This document shows positions 40,291-52,494 of a DNA stretch of 64,000 bases, piece by piece. The notes beneath the pieces were generated by a model. That model saw only the letters and a list, made by a program, of their open reading frames with translations, ran no database searches and was not told where the DNA came from. The translations under genes and the position numbers were made by a program. The stretch is taken from the NCBI GenBank assembly GCA_028023455.1, contig JAQFVV010000003.1, positions 1,922,001 to 1,986,000 on the forward strand, read 5' to 3'. Within the stretch, counting starts at the first letter, position 1; the number at the start of each line of letters is the position of its first letter. Source of the stretch: Epiperipatus broadwayi. Lineage: Eukaryota; Animalia; Onychophora.

Positions 40291-42551
40291 ATAAAAATAT
40301 ACTTGGCATTAAAATCTTAACAAGTGGCTTTAAATAAAGACTGTTCTGGATGCACTAGGAAATCTGCTTGAGTGTAGAAGAGATTTCAAACCCAGTGCAG
40401 GTTTTAATTAGGGATAAAATAATAAATCAAAAGTATTTATTATTAATTGGTAGATAAATATATTGCTATTTTATTATTGTTGAATAGCAATTGAAATAAA
40501 TAAATAAATAAATTAAATTTGTAAATCTTGTAAAATGAATCGTTATAGTTAATTCTTAAGCATATTTTTTTGTAGTGGATTAAAAACAGTTTTGCACCTT
40601 ATGAGTAGTTATTAAAAAAGAAGCCAGGTGGAGTAATATTAATGATATTTACACTAAGGTTATTGGTCCATTTGTTACCACAATGCTTTGTAATACAAGC
40701 TTTATATGACATAACAAAGTTGTAGGGGGTGTGATTAAAAAAAAGACAATTAGAATCAACAGAATTCAACTCTAATCTTATAAAATAAGAAAGAAAAGGC
40801 TGAGAAATCAGAAAAAATTGGAATCTATTTGAATGGGATTATAATATATTGTTATTTAAAAAACATGGAATATAAATCTAAAAGCCTTGCTATAATTTCA
40901 ACACTGTTTTTCCACCGATTGATAGTTCCTGGAAGTTATACTGCAAAAGAAGAAATGGGAATGATGTGGGTCATAATTTACTTCAATAAACATTACTTCA
41001 AACCCAGAACAATTCAAGAAGAAGTAAATTTTTGCTTTTATTTTGTTTATATTTTTAAATTCTCAGATTTAAAAATGACACCCAAATTATTTACATTTAA
41101 AAGAAAGAGCTAATAATGTTTGCTTTTCATGCCACTCTTAAGCATAAAGCAGAAAGTATATTTATTTGTAAATTATAATTTCAAGAAAATAATTCTAAAT
41201 AATTTTGAAGAAAAATGTCAAAAGATAAAATAAACAAATCAAAAAAGTCATTTTTGAATCATATAACTTGTAATACAGTTTAAAGAAAAATGCATGAATT
41301 ATTCCCTTTTTTTTAAAGAAATAAAACTCAACTGCTAATTTTTCTTCAGCGTGAATTTACTTAATGATAAAAATGGAAAGTTACAGAGTAATTAAAAATG
41401 CCAAGGATATTGTATTTATAAATTGAATAAATTCTTCTTAATTTTGGTAATCACATAATACTTTGCTAATAAAAATGAAATAAAATAAATATTTACTTTT
41501 AAAGTTTTATTAGGAAATATACATCATAATAATGTTTTAAAATATTTAAAATGCCCAGATTATTTAAAGATTGTTACAGATATTACCACAGATGAAAGAA
41601 CAAAATCAATAAATAATTTTAAAAAATTGAATATGTTAATTGTAATGAAACCCTAAAGTCATTTTCAAGGAAAATTATCTGGATTAAAATGTGGATAAAC
41701 CGATTTTAATTATGCTACACTTGAAAACATTTAAATATTGCCTTGTTATATTACCATCAAACAGGATAATAAAAAATATATATATGCGTTATTTGGGAGT
41801 GTTTACTCATCATAATATCAGTTGTCTGATCATTTTAACTCACAAGGATAAAATGAACTTTGACTAATAGGACCAAAATCTAATGGGAGAAAATGTTCGA
41901 TTATTTTTTTTTATTATTGCTATGTTAGTTTATAATACTTACATCATGTGTCATTTGGAAATTTTTTATATATATTTATTATAGTATAAAATATATGGTA
42001 TAGAATATATTTAGTAAAAGGGATGTAAATATGTATAAAGATAAATACATTTGTTATTATACATATTTTTGCTATTTTTCCAATTAAGGGAAAACATAAT
42101 ATTAAATGTCATTTATCTAGAGAGAGTGAGAGAGATATTTACCTCTCACATTTTAAAACAGGTTTGTGTATTATTAAAGGATGAACATACAGACATTTTG
42201 TCAAAGATATATTATAATGACCCAATTATTTCCTTATATGAAAAAAAATTGATCTAAGCCTTTTTCATTTCTTAATTTTGCCTATGAATGAACATATCCA
42301 CTGTAAATATAAATGTAGGTTGATCTTAAATGTTTATGTGCATAGTGCTTCCTATAACAAAAGCATAATTGTTAGGTTAAAATAATTAATGATCATTTGA
42401 CATATATTTTGGTTTGTCTATTAATACATTAATAGTTTCTGCATTGTCAAATGGAATATTTATGTTTCCACTTTTATTGTCAGTGCTATTTTACCTTGCT
42501 ATAATATTGAGAATGATTTGTGACAGCATTTAGCTGTTAAGTATATGCTAC

Positions 42552-44450
42552 ATATAATGGCATCAAATAGAATATTAATTTTAATATTGAACATGGGTTG
42601 ATGGAGAATCACCCACTGTTGATTCCTTGAGAGGATGGTATGGTCAAGGCTGAGTAATTATTAATGCTTAGTTAGCATAATTAATCCTAAAAGAGAGGAT
42701 ATCCATGGTTTGAATTCTATTTTCCCATGGTGATACTAAGCCCACATGTGTATACCTATAGAAAGGTATTAGAATTAGCCATATTATTATACAACTATCA
42801 TGTTGTTCTGTAGAGCCTCCCTTTATTGTTAGATCCATCATGAGGTTATAGAGTTAGTTTTCCACCGTGTATAGTGAAGTTACTATTTCAAAATCATATA
42901 GCAAAGATAAGATAATGTTAGATTAAGAAACACTGGTCTATCTATAGTGTTTGCCTAATTAGAATAGTGTCTTATGATGTTGCAGGATCTTCATCAGTTT
43001 ATAGACAAAACAAATTAAAACCTATTAGTGATTATAGAATTTCTAGGTGTAAGAGCAAGAAATGCACATGGGCAGTGTGGATTTATCTTTATCAAGTTGT
43101 GATTCACCAATGGATTGGTAAGATCAGTTAAATATTCAATAATTAGGATGTGAACATAGGTAATGTTTTAGTGTCATATGTGCATTTGACTATGATGTCT
43201 GTCCCCACATCAATATAATCAATCTTTTCATATTAAATGATAATAAATTATTAATTGTGCTGTATATGATAATTGCCCTTATCATATTCTGACAAATTCA
43301 ATAGTTACAGTTCAATACACTAATTCATAACTTCAAGTTTTTAGATTTAAAAAGTCCCAAAGACCTAAGTACATTTTGTTTATAACTTAAACACTAATTT
43401 AGCTTCAATAAAGTTTAAATTTTTTGTTCTATAAGATAGAATAATTATAGAAACATAGTCAATCATAATAGTGATACTATGAATATCACTATATTAGTTG
43501 GTCTTATTTACTATGTGTATAAATAATGGGATACCAAGTATTTTCCATCCCTGAAATTAATTTGATGTATTGGTTTTATTTCAGACAAATTGTCTGAAAT
43601 AAATTTGTAAATATTGTAAATAAAGCTTGTTGTGTTTAAAAATTTATTTAGTTGCCTGTAGTCTTATTGCTAATACCATACACACTATTATTGTTATTGC
43701 TATCGACATATCAGAGGATTACATATTGAAATCATCATCGACTAATATAATGCAGTTAACTATAAGTTGGTATATAAGAATAATTTTGTTAAGCCCTATA
43801 ATTTATGAGTACATCTAAGGCATCATGACATAACAATCAAAATCATATTAACCTAGAGTACATATTATTTTAAGTGATATACTAAAAGATAAACACTTAA
43901 TATTGGTTTATTCAGTTTATCTTGATCACATGGTTTATAATTATTTGAGAAAAGAAATTTGGTAAGTTATTGTGTTTAGTTATTAAAAAGTTATTTCTAT
44001 TTCTTAAATTTTAATGTTTATAATAGTTATTGAGTGTATAAAGATTCTGTAGAATTGCTAAATATAGTTGTTAATTTGAGTTATATTAAGAGTTGTTTCG
44101 TACATTATATTCAGGTAGTGGTAAAATCCCTCTCACTGACCCAAGTATATTTTGTATAATGATCTTTGAGTGTTTGAACCCTGAGAAGAATTAATTGTTA
44201 AGTTTCAAGGTAGAATTTGTAGTAAATTTTATAGCTAATTTATTTATTATAGTTGGACTTGAATTAGATTACTTTCACTGTTTTATGAAAGTCAACCAAA
44301 CTTTACGGTATCAATTTTTTTTTTGTCATAAAAGGTATAGCTTGTTTTGACATTATGATAAATATTCTGGTTGTGTCAAGTTTGAAATCCCTATTTTTAT
44401 TTAGCATATCTTCTTACCATTTAATACAATATTAGTTTATAGTTTAAAAT
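42552..44450 (-). pseudogene. Possible very old Penelope-like element relic
   Basis: Minus-strand *YVDS (~43720, RYVDD-like) and IIIY...WGQTS*S (~43190-43280, GIY-YIG-like), followed by CTGATGA-A-GAT..ATC at ~42975-42997. Weak. Confidence 0.3.
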
Positions 44451-45929
44451 TTCAGTCTCCATCATCAACGTTGTTCTTCAATTTCATCTTGATCCTTTTT
44501 TTTTATTTATTCATTCTCATTTAACATTAATTCATTATCATAATTGATTAATCATACATTAACTTTCATTCTTTTAACATTGTAACTATTCATTAACTCT
44601 TATTCTATCATTATCTTAATCATTCATTATTCCCATACCTCTTCATTCTTTTCTCTTCATTCTTAGACTCATTTCATTCTACTATTTAATTATTACTTAT
44701 TTTCATCATCCATTTAGTCATCTACATCATACTTTATTTATTATTTCATTTATAATTTTAATTTCATAATCATCCCAGAGATATAATTGTTTGTTATTTA
44801 TTGGTTTGCTGAATATCAAATTTAGCTCATCACATTTTGTTTGTGTGGATTTCAAAGCTGGTTTGACCAGAAGTTATTATCTTTACTAATCACCTTGTGA
44901 TCTTCTTTAGATCTATAGTTTCATGCTAGTTTTGTTCAATAAAGGAATCATCTCATTAGTTTAACATCTTTGTTTCTTTATGCTTATATTCTTGATTATG
45001 GGGGTAGTGAAGGTTACAAAGAGTGGATTTGGTTCCATGAAATGTGTGGCCCGATTCGTATATATGATTCCAGCATTCAAAGAGAAGGACACAAAGGCGG
45101 ATTATAGCGCCAAACATGAGTCTAGATTAGTTGATGATCCAAAGAGAAGGTCACAATATATATAAATGTAAATATTAAAGCAACAAATGTTTACTTACTA
45201 TCATTCACATTTTCATTCTTTATTACTATTGCATGTAACTATATGATTGTGATATTGTTAAAATGTTCATAAATATTATTTTATTAATAAACAATTTCAG
45301 TATTCCTGAATTGTAATTAAATTGATAGCGATTGTAAAATGAGTTATTTTAGAAACAATTCTAAAAATATTATTTATGAAGCATAGAATTATTATACAAA
45401 TCAAAAATTTATAAAAGAGTTATATTAAAGTAATTAGTTACTTGATTTGTAAGAGTTAGAAGTAAAACTGTTATTGTGAGAGATGTTAGAATAATTAAAC
45501 CCAATGCACAATATCAGAACAGAATACCTGTTGGATAAAGATATTTCATAGTCAATGAATACAAAATCATTCTTACTAGTCTTTGGAGTCTTTAAGCTAC
45601 TCTGGATATCAGTATATTTTTACAAACTGAAGCTACATAATGATATTTATAAAAGTCTGTCAAGTCATAACTCAATAACTGCATATTAAAGTCAACTATG
45701 GAAATCTCACTCGTTTATCAAATTTATCTTGGAAACCATTAATGTTTCTGCTGAAAAATTTATATCAAATTTATCCATGAGCCATGCATATAAATATTAC
45801 TTTAAATGCACATTTAATCTAAACATGAAAAACTCACTTTATGTATGCCACACACAGCAAGCTAGAGTAATCAATGGATGCCAGAAGACTTGTGCATAAA
45901 ATCCCCATCTATTGCCTGCTCATTCAATA

Positions 45930-45971
45930 TCTCCAGACTAGTTTCTGGCTTGTGGACTTCATCAGTGAGTA
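45930..45971 (-). ncRNA. Minimal type I hammerhead, family B (stem II mismatch)
   Basis: Minus strand TACTCA CTGATGA A GTC CACAA GCC A GAAA CTAG TC|TGGAGA. Confidence 0.7.
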
Positions 45972-46375
45972 GCCTTGGATCTAAGAGCACTGCATCTAGA
46001 TCTTAGGATTTAATGCAACCCTCCAGCAACCACCTTTTATCTTCATTTAACTACAAAACTATGAGTCTTAAACTGAAAACATCTTAATGTTTTCAATTCA
46101 AGCCTATCAGCTTATATAGTTATATGAGTCTGAACCCAGTTCAGTTCCCATACATTTTGGTGTCTTTGGTTCTTTAGTAACCATAGCCACCAATATCCTA
46201 TTAGGCAGGATTGGTTTTAAGCCAATAAACATCACATGACCACTATCTCTTATGCTTGTGTAGTTAAAACAGGTAAAACTCACTTTATGTATGCCACACG
46301 CAGCAAACTAGAGTAATCAATGGATGCCAGAAGGCTTGTGCATAAAATCCCCATCTAGTGCCTACTTATCCAATA

Positions 46376-46417
46376 TCCCCAGACTAGTTTCTGGCTTGTG
46401 GCCTTCATCAGTGAGAA
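46376..46417 (-). ncRNA. Minimal type I hammerhead, family B
   Basis: Minus strand TTCTCA CTGATGA A GGC CACAA GCC A GAAA CTAG TC|TGGGGA. Confidence 0.82.
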
Positions 46418-46516
46418 GCATTGAATCTGAGAGCACTACATCTAGATCTTAGGATCGAATGCCTCCAGCAACCACCTTTAATCTCCATTTAATTACAAAA
46501 CTATGAGATCCAAGGC

Positions 46517-46558
46517 TCCTCACTGATGAAGGCCACAAGCCAGAAACTAGTCTGGGAA
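46517..46558 (+). ncRNA. Minimal type I hammerhead, family B
   Basis: TCCTCA CTGATGA A GGC CACAA GCC A GAAA CTAG TC|TGGGAA. Confidence 0.8.
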
Positions 46559-46967
46559 TATTGGATGAGTAGGCACTAGATGGGGATTTTATGCGCAAGC
46601 CTTCTGGCATCCATTGATTACTCTAGCTTGCTGTGTGTGGCATACGTAAAGTGAGTTTTGCCTGTTTTAACAACAGTTATATACAAGCATAAAAGATGGT
46701 GGTCATGTGATGTTTATTGGCTTAAAACCAATCCTGCCTAATAGGATATTGGTGGCTATGGTTATTAAAGAACCAAAGACACCAAAATGTATGGGAACTG
46801 AACTGGGTTCAGACCCATATATCTATATAAACTGATGGGCTTGAATTGGAAACATTAACATGTTTTCAGTTTGACTCATAGTTTGTTGTTAAATGGAGAT
46901 AAAAGGTGGTTGCTGGAGGGTTGCATTAGATCTTAAGATCTAGATGCAGTGCTCTGAGATCCAAAGC

Positions 46968-47009
46968 TCCTCACTGATGAAGGCCACAAGCCAGAAACTA
47001 GTCTGGGGA
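46968..47009 (+). ncRNA. Minimal type I hammerhead, family B (best copy)
   Basis: TCCTCA CTGATGA A GGC CACAA GCC A GAAA CTAG TC|TGGGGA. 6-bp stem I (one G-U), 3-bp stem II, palindromic ACTAGT helix III, GUC cleavage triplet ending at 47003. Confidence 0.85.
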
Positions 47010-47691
47010 TATTGTATGAGTATGCACTAGATGGGGAGTTTATGCACAAGCCTTCTGGCATCCATTGATTACTCTAGATTGCTGTGTGTGGCATACATAA
47101 AGTGAGTTTTGCCTGTTTTAACAACAGTTATACACAAGCATAAGAGATGGTGGTCATGTCACATTTAATCTAAAGAAAAAATACTCTCTAAACCCATGAA
47201 GGTTCATATTTATTTAAAGAAGTGAATATTTTATGATTATTATAACTTTGTTATGGAGGCAGTAATGATTTCTAAGAGGTGAAACTGTTGCAGGACTTAG
47301 TCAAATATAGTATGATTTATTTAAAGCTTTCATAAATAATTATTTCAAACGTTTTAAATTCAATCCTTTAACCTATAATCTTTTAATTTATTATATATAC
47401 AATATACAACCTGTCATATATTACTTCTATTCCTGTATTTAGTTAGAATATAGATTCAAAAGATATGACACTATAAAGAAATTAAACCTTCCCGATAGTT
47501 TGGTTAATTATTATTAATAATAAATGAAATATGTACATTTGTAGCAATATTCTAAGAATTTTAACTATTAGTTATTTTATTGTACTATATATATATATAT
47601 ATATATATGTTATACTTAATGTTTTCACGGTTATATGATGTAGATAAATTATAAGTTTTTGGGATGTACCGTGTCTTATTTTCCATTGAGC

Positions 47692-47731
47692 ACCGATATT
47701 TCAACGGAATAGCAACCGCCATTTTCAAGGT
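47692..47731 (-). ncRNA. Minimal type I hammerhead with U3-A8 core variant (PLE 3' region)
   Basis: Minus strand ACC TTGAAAA T GGCGG-TTGCTATT-CCGTT GAAA TAT C|GGT. Palindromic ATAT helix III, AUC triplet. Begins at the ORF stop codon. Confidence 0.7.
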
Positions 47732-48323
47732 TAACTTTTGAAAAAAAAACCGTTAGATCTTAACAAATAACGTGACTGTGTGCGAGATGAGAAATGAGAT
47801 TCCAGTTCAGCATTCACAATATGAGGCTTATCAAAATGTTTATTTTCCTCAGTATTTTTACCTGTTAATTTTAAGTTAATAAAAAGAGAGGTTTCCACAT
47901 AGCTGGAATACGTTGTGCTTCATCAGTTCTATTTAAACTAGTAGGTCTCTTTAATATTTCAATTGACTCTCTCATGGTTCTTAAATCATATCTTTCCAAA
48001 TTAGCAAGTCACAAACCTAATTTTGACAATACAAAACTACTTGCTAATTTGGAAAGATATGATTTAAGAACCATGAGAGAGTCAATTGAAATATTAAAGA
48101 GACCTACTAGTTTAAATAGAACTGATGAAGCACAATGTATTCCAGCTATGTGGAAACCTCTCTTTTTATCCAATATTAACTTAAAATTAACAGGTAAAAA
48201 TACTGAGGAAAATAAACATTTTGATAAGCCTCATATTGTGAATGCTGAACTGGAATCTCATTTCTCATCTCGCACACAGTCACGTTATTTGTTAAGATCT
48301 AACGGTTTTTCTTTCAAAAGTTA

Positions 48324-48363
48324 ACCTTGAAAATGGCGGTTGCTATTCCGTCAAAATATCAGT
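48324..48363 (+). ncRNA. Mutated sister copy of the PLE hammerhead
   Basis: ACC TTGAAAA T GGCGG..CCGTC AAAA TAT C AGT. Two CpG-type changes remove G12 and a stem I pair. Confidence 0.55.
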
Positions 48364-48413
48364 GCTCAATGGAAAATAAGACATGGTACATCCCAAAAAC
48401 TTATAATTTATCT

Positions 48414-48486
<73 letters not shown>

Positions 48487-50954
48487 GTAAACAGAAAATT
48501 CTTGCATTGGTATTATTGTTTTTTTATTAAATATGTTATTTTGTTAAATTTTGGTCTTACTTTTGTTCTTGGTCATGATTTCCCTATTTATTTTGTTACT
48601 AAGATCTAAACTCATGATGCATTTTTGCTGTGACTGAACTGTATTGCAAATGGAAATATTTAGAGTAGAAAGATAGCAACATAAACAAATATTTTTTCTT
48701 CCCAATATATATTTACAGGCCCATTATTATTAATTGTTTCACTAATAAAAATACTGTATTGACAGATATAATTTTTGCAGTAACATAATAATGTATCATG
48801 ATAAAAAATTAAATGATCTACAAAACTAATATTTAAAAAAACAATAAAACCAAAATAGTATAATAACAAGTTTTAAATAAAAATAAAATCAAAAAATACA
48901 AAATTTAAACATTTTAAAAATTAATTATTAGATATGTCAGTTTTAAAATTAAAATATTTGTTATATTCTACATTAAATAACAAATAACAATGATGAAGTA
49001 TACATATACTACTGGTCATTCTTAACAGATTTTTTTAAAAGTAAACTCTTTATTTATCCAACAGTCTTTGACCTTGTTTTTTTAAAATACATTTAGTAGT
49101 CTTTTCTTCTTAACAAAAAAATTTTAATTATTAACAATTTGTTTTCAAGAATTTCTTATTAATGATGACATTTACAAAGATGAAAAAATGCAACACTTAA
49201 CTGAATTGAATTTATTTATTTATACACAACCACATAAAAATGTAAAAATGTATATATTGTAAGCATGATTATTTGTCTAACTTATTTTACAAATTAATGT
49301 TTTAAAATTGAAGTACATTTGTATTGAACTAATATTTTAATATAATATAAAATTATAATGTTTAAAATTGGGCATACATTAACTCATTTATCAATTTGTT
49401 TTAATTTTTACTGTGTCATTTAATTTTAAATATCGCTATTGGCAAAAATCAATTTACTTACAACTTTTGATTGGTCAATTACAGAATCAGCAGAAAAAAT
49501 ATTTTTGTTTTTTAAAGGTATATTTGTTTTAGTTTGGTTTTTAAAACAAAATTAATAATTTATCAAATTATTAAAATGTATGAAAGCTTTTTTAGAAATA
49601 AATTTCTATTCACAATTGACAAATATAATCTATAGCTGTCATGTATTTTTAACATCCAATTAGAAATTCCAGCCATATGTCATTGATTTCATTCTCAATT
49701 TATCTTCCAGTGAAGGTAAATATTTTCAAATCAAACCTGAATTTTTATTCTAAAATAATTAATATTTCATAAATATTTTGTGAAAAAATGATAAATGTGT
49801 AAAAATGTATAAAAATATGTTTTTATTTTCAAAATCAAAATGAAAAATAGAATGACAGTCACTCTTCTGCAGAGAGAACAAGAAATTACCAATAAACACC
49901 TTTGAAAGCAAGTACTTGCACCATTGCAATAGCAATAGATATAAATATTGATTTATTAGTTCTAAAAATTGTAATTATAACAACTGTATCCAATAGAGTC
50001 TTTTCTAAAAAATAAATGGAAAATTAGTAAAGCAACATTAAAAATAGAAGTTAAAGAGTAAGTTAAATCTAATTTTGTGTAGTTTAAATCATAATAATCC
50101 TGAATTCTAATAAAATGTTATGATTCTTTTTTTATAAAAAAAGATATTTTTTAAATATATCTCTTTAAAAATTTTAATAGCTTAAAAACATAAATCTACA
50201 AGTTAATATAACATATTCATGAAGTATTGCACAAGATGAATAATTTTGAATTTGACTATTTCTCTTTGATAAAAACTTCAGCAACTTTTACTATTTTTTC
50301 CGTCATTTAGCTAGGTTTAAAATTAGCTTTAGTAATAATTTTGTTAAAAAAAAGCTTGTATTTTGTCATTAACTTTATTCAATTGAAGGCCACATACATG
50401 AAAAATTAAATTTTGCCAAGTTAGCCTTTATTTAATTACATAATTGTATCATGTAATAAAACAATCTGCTTATAAATAACAATTCAAATATATTGCAATC
50501 ATAATCTTTCTATTAATGCAATCACATAAATCTATCCATACATGTAATATATAATAGATAATGCATACCATAGCATATTAACCCATGTGAAAGTCTAGTA
50601 ATAATCAAATTATTCCACAATGGTTTGTAATTTATTATAATTGATAGTAATATTTAGTGTTAAACCAGTTAAAAATAGCTTAAGAAAATACCAAGTGTAA
50701 ATTCAATTAATTGTTAAAAAATAATAGATTATGACAGAGCCAAAATAAAAATAATTAATGTCAGAATACATGAGGTAAGTTTTAAAAGGAATAGGAAGCA
50801 ACTAGTTTAACTGATTAATGATGAAAGTATTAATTTAAGAAAGTATCACTTCCAATAATACTAAAAAATATTGAATCAATAAATACTAATAGTAGTAGGG
50901 TCAGAGAAAAAAGTGCTCTTGTGCCAACTGCAACAATTAATGATATTAAATAAA

Positions 50955-51180
50955 CAGGAAATGTTGAAAATGAATAATAGTGACAGAAAAGAGAGCAAGA
51001 TAAAATAAAATATGAACAAGAGGAGGAAGGCCATAAAAACATGAAATGTTGAAAATAGATAATAGTGACAGAAAAGAGAGCAAGATAAAAAGAAACATGA
51101 TCATGAGCAGGAAGGCTGCAAAACAGAAAATGTTGAAAATGGATAATAGTGATAGAAAAGATAGAAAGATTTTAAAAAGT
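50955..51180 (+). repeat. 84-85 bp tandem repeat, ~2.6 copies
   Basis: aatgttgaaaat..ataatagtga.agaaaaga at 50960, 51045 and 51129. Confidence 0.8.
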
Positions 51181-52412
51181 ACAAAAAAAGAGAAGAAAAG
51201 CAATAGAAAATTAAATATAGAAAACTTCAATGAAACAAAAAAGAAGTACAGTAATAATACTAAAAAATTAAAAAGAAAATGTTGCACATAGAAGAAAAAT
51301 TTTAAATGAATAAAATAAAATTAGATGGAAGGTCAAAGAAAATTATGTGAAGAATTAAAGGAATCTAAATATAATGGAAACATTATTCAAAAATTTAATA
51401 TTTTTGTGGTTAATATAAATCTGAAGTTGATGATAAGATGGAAGTCTATTGTAAAATCTGATGCAATTTTTGAAAAAAAACCACTTGTAACCAACTCATG
51501 AATTTTGATGGAAAGACAATACACAAATATTTGTAAAAATTTAGTGTGGAAAATAATCTCCTTAAAATTAGTCTCACTATTTGCATACACCAATATTTAA
51601 TATTTAATAAATTAACAAATGATATCAGAAGGAAATACATAAGACAGTTTTTATAAAGTGATAAAAAATAATTTCAAAATTTGTGAGAAGTGTATCAGTC
51701 AAATTATTAGTCTGATGCATATTTATACAGAAAATCAACATTGTGATTTAGTCACTTTAATAGGCAAGACTAAGTTTCAGTCAAAAAAGATTCATAACTT
51801 TATAATGTATAAGTTTTACTTTTGAAAAATGAACAATTTGACAATTATTCTTAAACTTGAACAATAGAGCTGAGTTTTAAATATCCATTGTTTATAAGAT
51901 CCTCTGTTTATAATTAATTAAAGTGATTGTTAGCACCCATTGTAAATTTATGTATATCTATTTTTTAACATCACTACAATCAAAAAAAATTCTGATTATG
52001 AAAATCATTCAAAATTAATAGAACATAAGGTGCAATTATATATTTATAAGCACAGCAAGAGAAAAAGAAAATATGTAATAAATAAATCAATGTATTAAAT
52101 TTATGCTAAACTTTACTGTTGACAAGATCCAAAATGTTGCTTGTAATTTGATTATTGTTTTTTTTTTTTTACATTTTGTGATTCATTGCTAAGAAAGGTA
52201 AATGGTTTTTGATTGTATTTGTGAAGGTATTTAATAATATGTAAAATGTTTCTTGCTTTTTTATTTGTATTAAAGAATTCATGCAGTCTTATAAAGCTAC
52301 TTAATCAGATTATCAATTGCTAGTCACATGATTTACAGAACACTTTCTCTGTTTGTCCTTGCCTAACTCCTGGTATTATAAGTAATAATTATCATATAAA
52401 TTTACCAGAGAT

Positions 52413-52494
52413 ATGATTACAATGGGTATGGAGAGTTTTGCATGTTTTAATAACAGTTATGAGCAAACATAAGAATTGGTGATCATGTGATGTT
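52413..52494 (+). mobile_element. Family B 3'-terminal fragment
   Basis: gagagttttgcatgttttaataacagttatgagcaaacataagaattggtgatcatgtgatgtt aligns with 47103-47160 and 46643-46712. Confidence 0.7.

Larger units (their letters stand above)
45823..47159. mobile_element. Family B tandem-plus-inverted array of ~450-nt HHR monomers (retrozyme or PLE pLTR-like) with 14-15 bp TSD
   Basis: cacatttaatctaa(a) at 45809-45823 and 47160-47174. Termini acatg...catgt. Head-to-tail monomers with period 446-451 bp. Orientation flips at ~46504-46507 (shared tgag). Confidence 0.92.
47608..48416. mobile_element. Penelope-like element 3' end as a head-to-head inverted duplication, flanked by (TA)n on both sides
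   Basis: Arms 47639-48009 and 48039-48416 are near-identical reverse complements around a 29-nt loop. Plus frame HKPNFDNTKLLA..YDLRTMRESIEILKRPTSLNR..WKPLF..RYLLRS* is a PLE GIY-YIG C-terminus. The left arm continues to a ccgtgaaaacattaag terminus. (TA)n at 47586-47608 and 48418-48484. Confidence 0.9.

Noticed and set aside
40575-40660. LLKKKPGGVILM as methyltransferase motif III
   Set aside because: An in-frame stop lies immediately upstream and the spacing is atypical; likely chance.
47974-48009. N-terminal MVLKSYLSKLAS of ORF 47974-48324
   Set aside because: It is read from the inverted arm. Real PLE coding sequence starts at 48010 (HKPNF), so this is not an intact gene.
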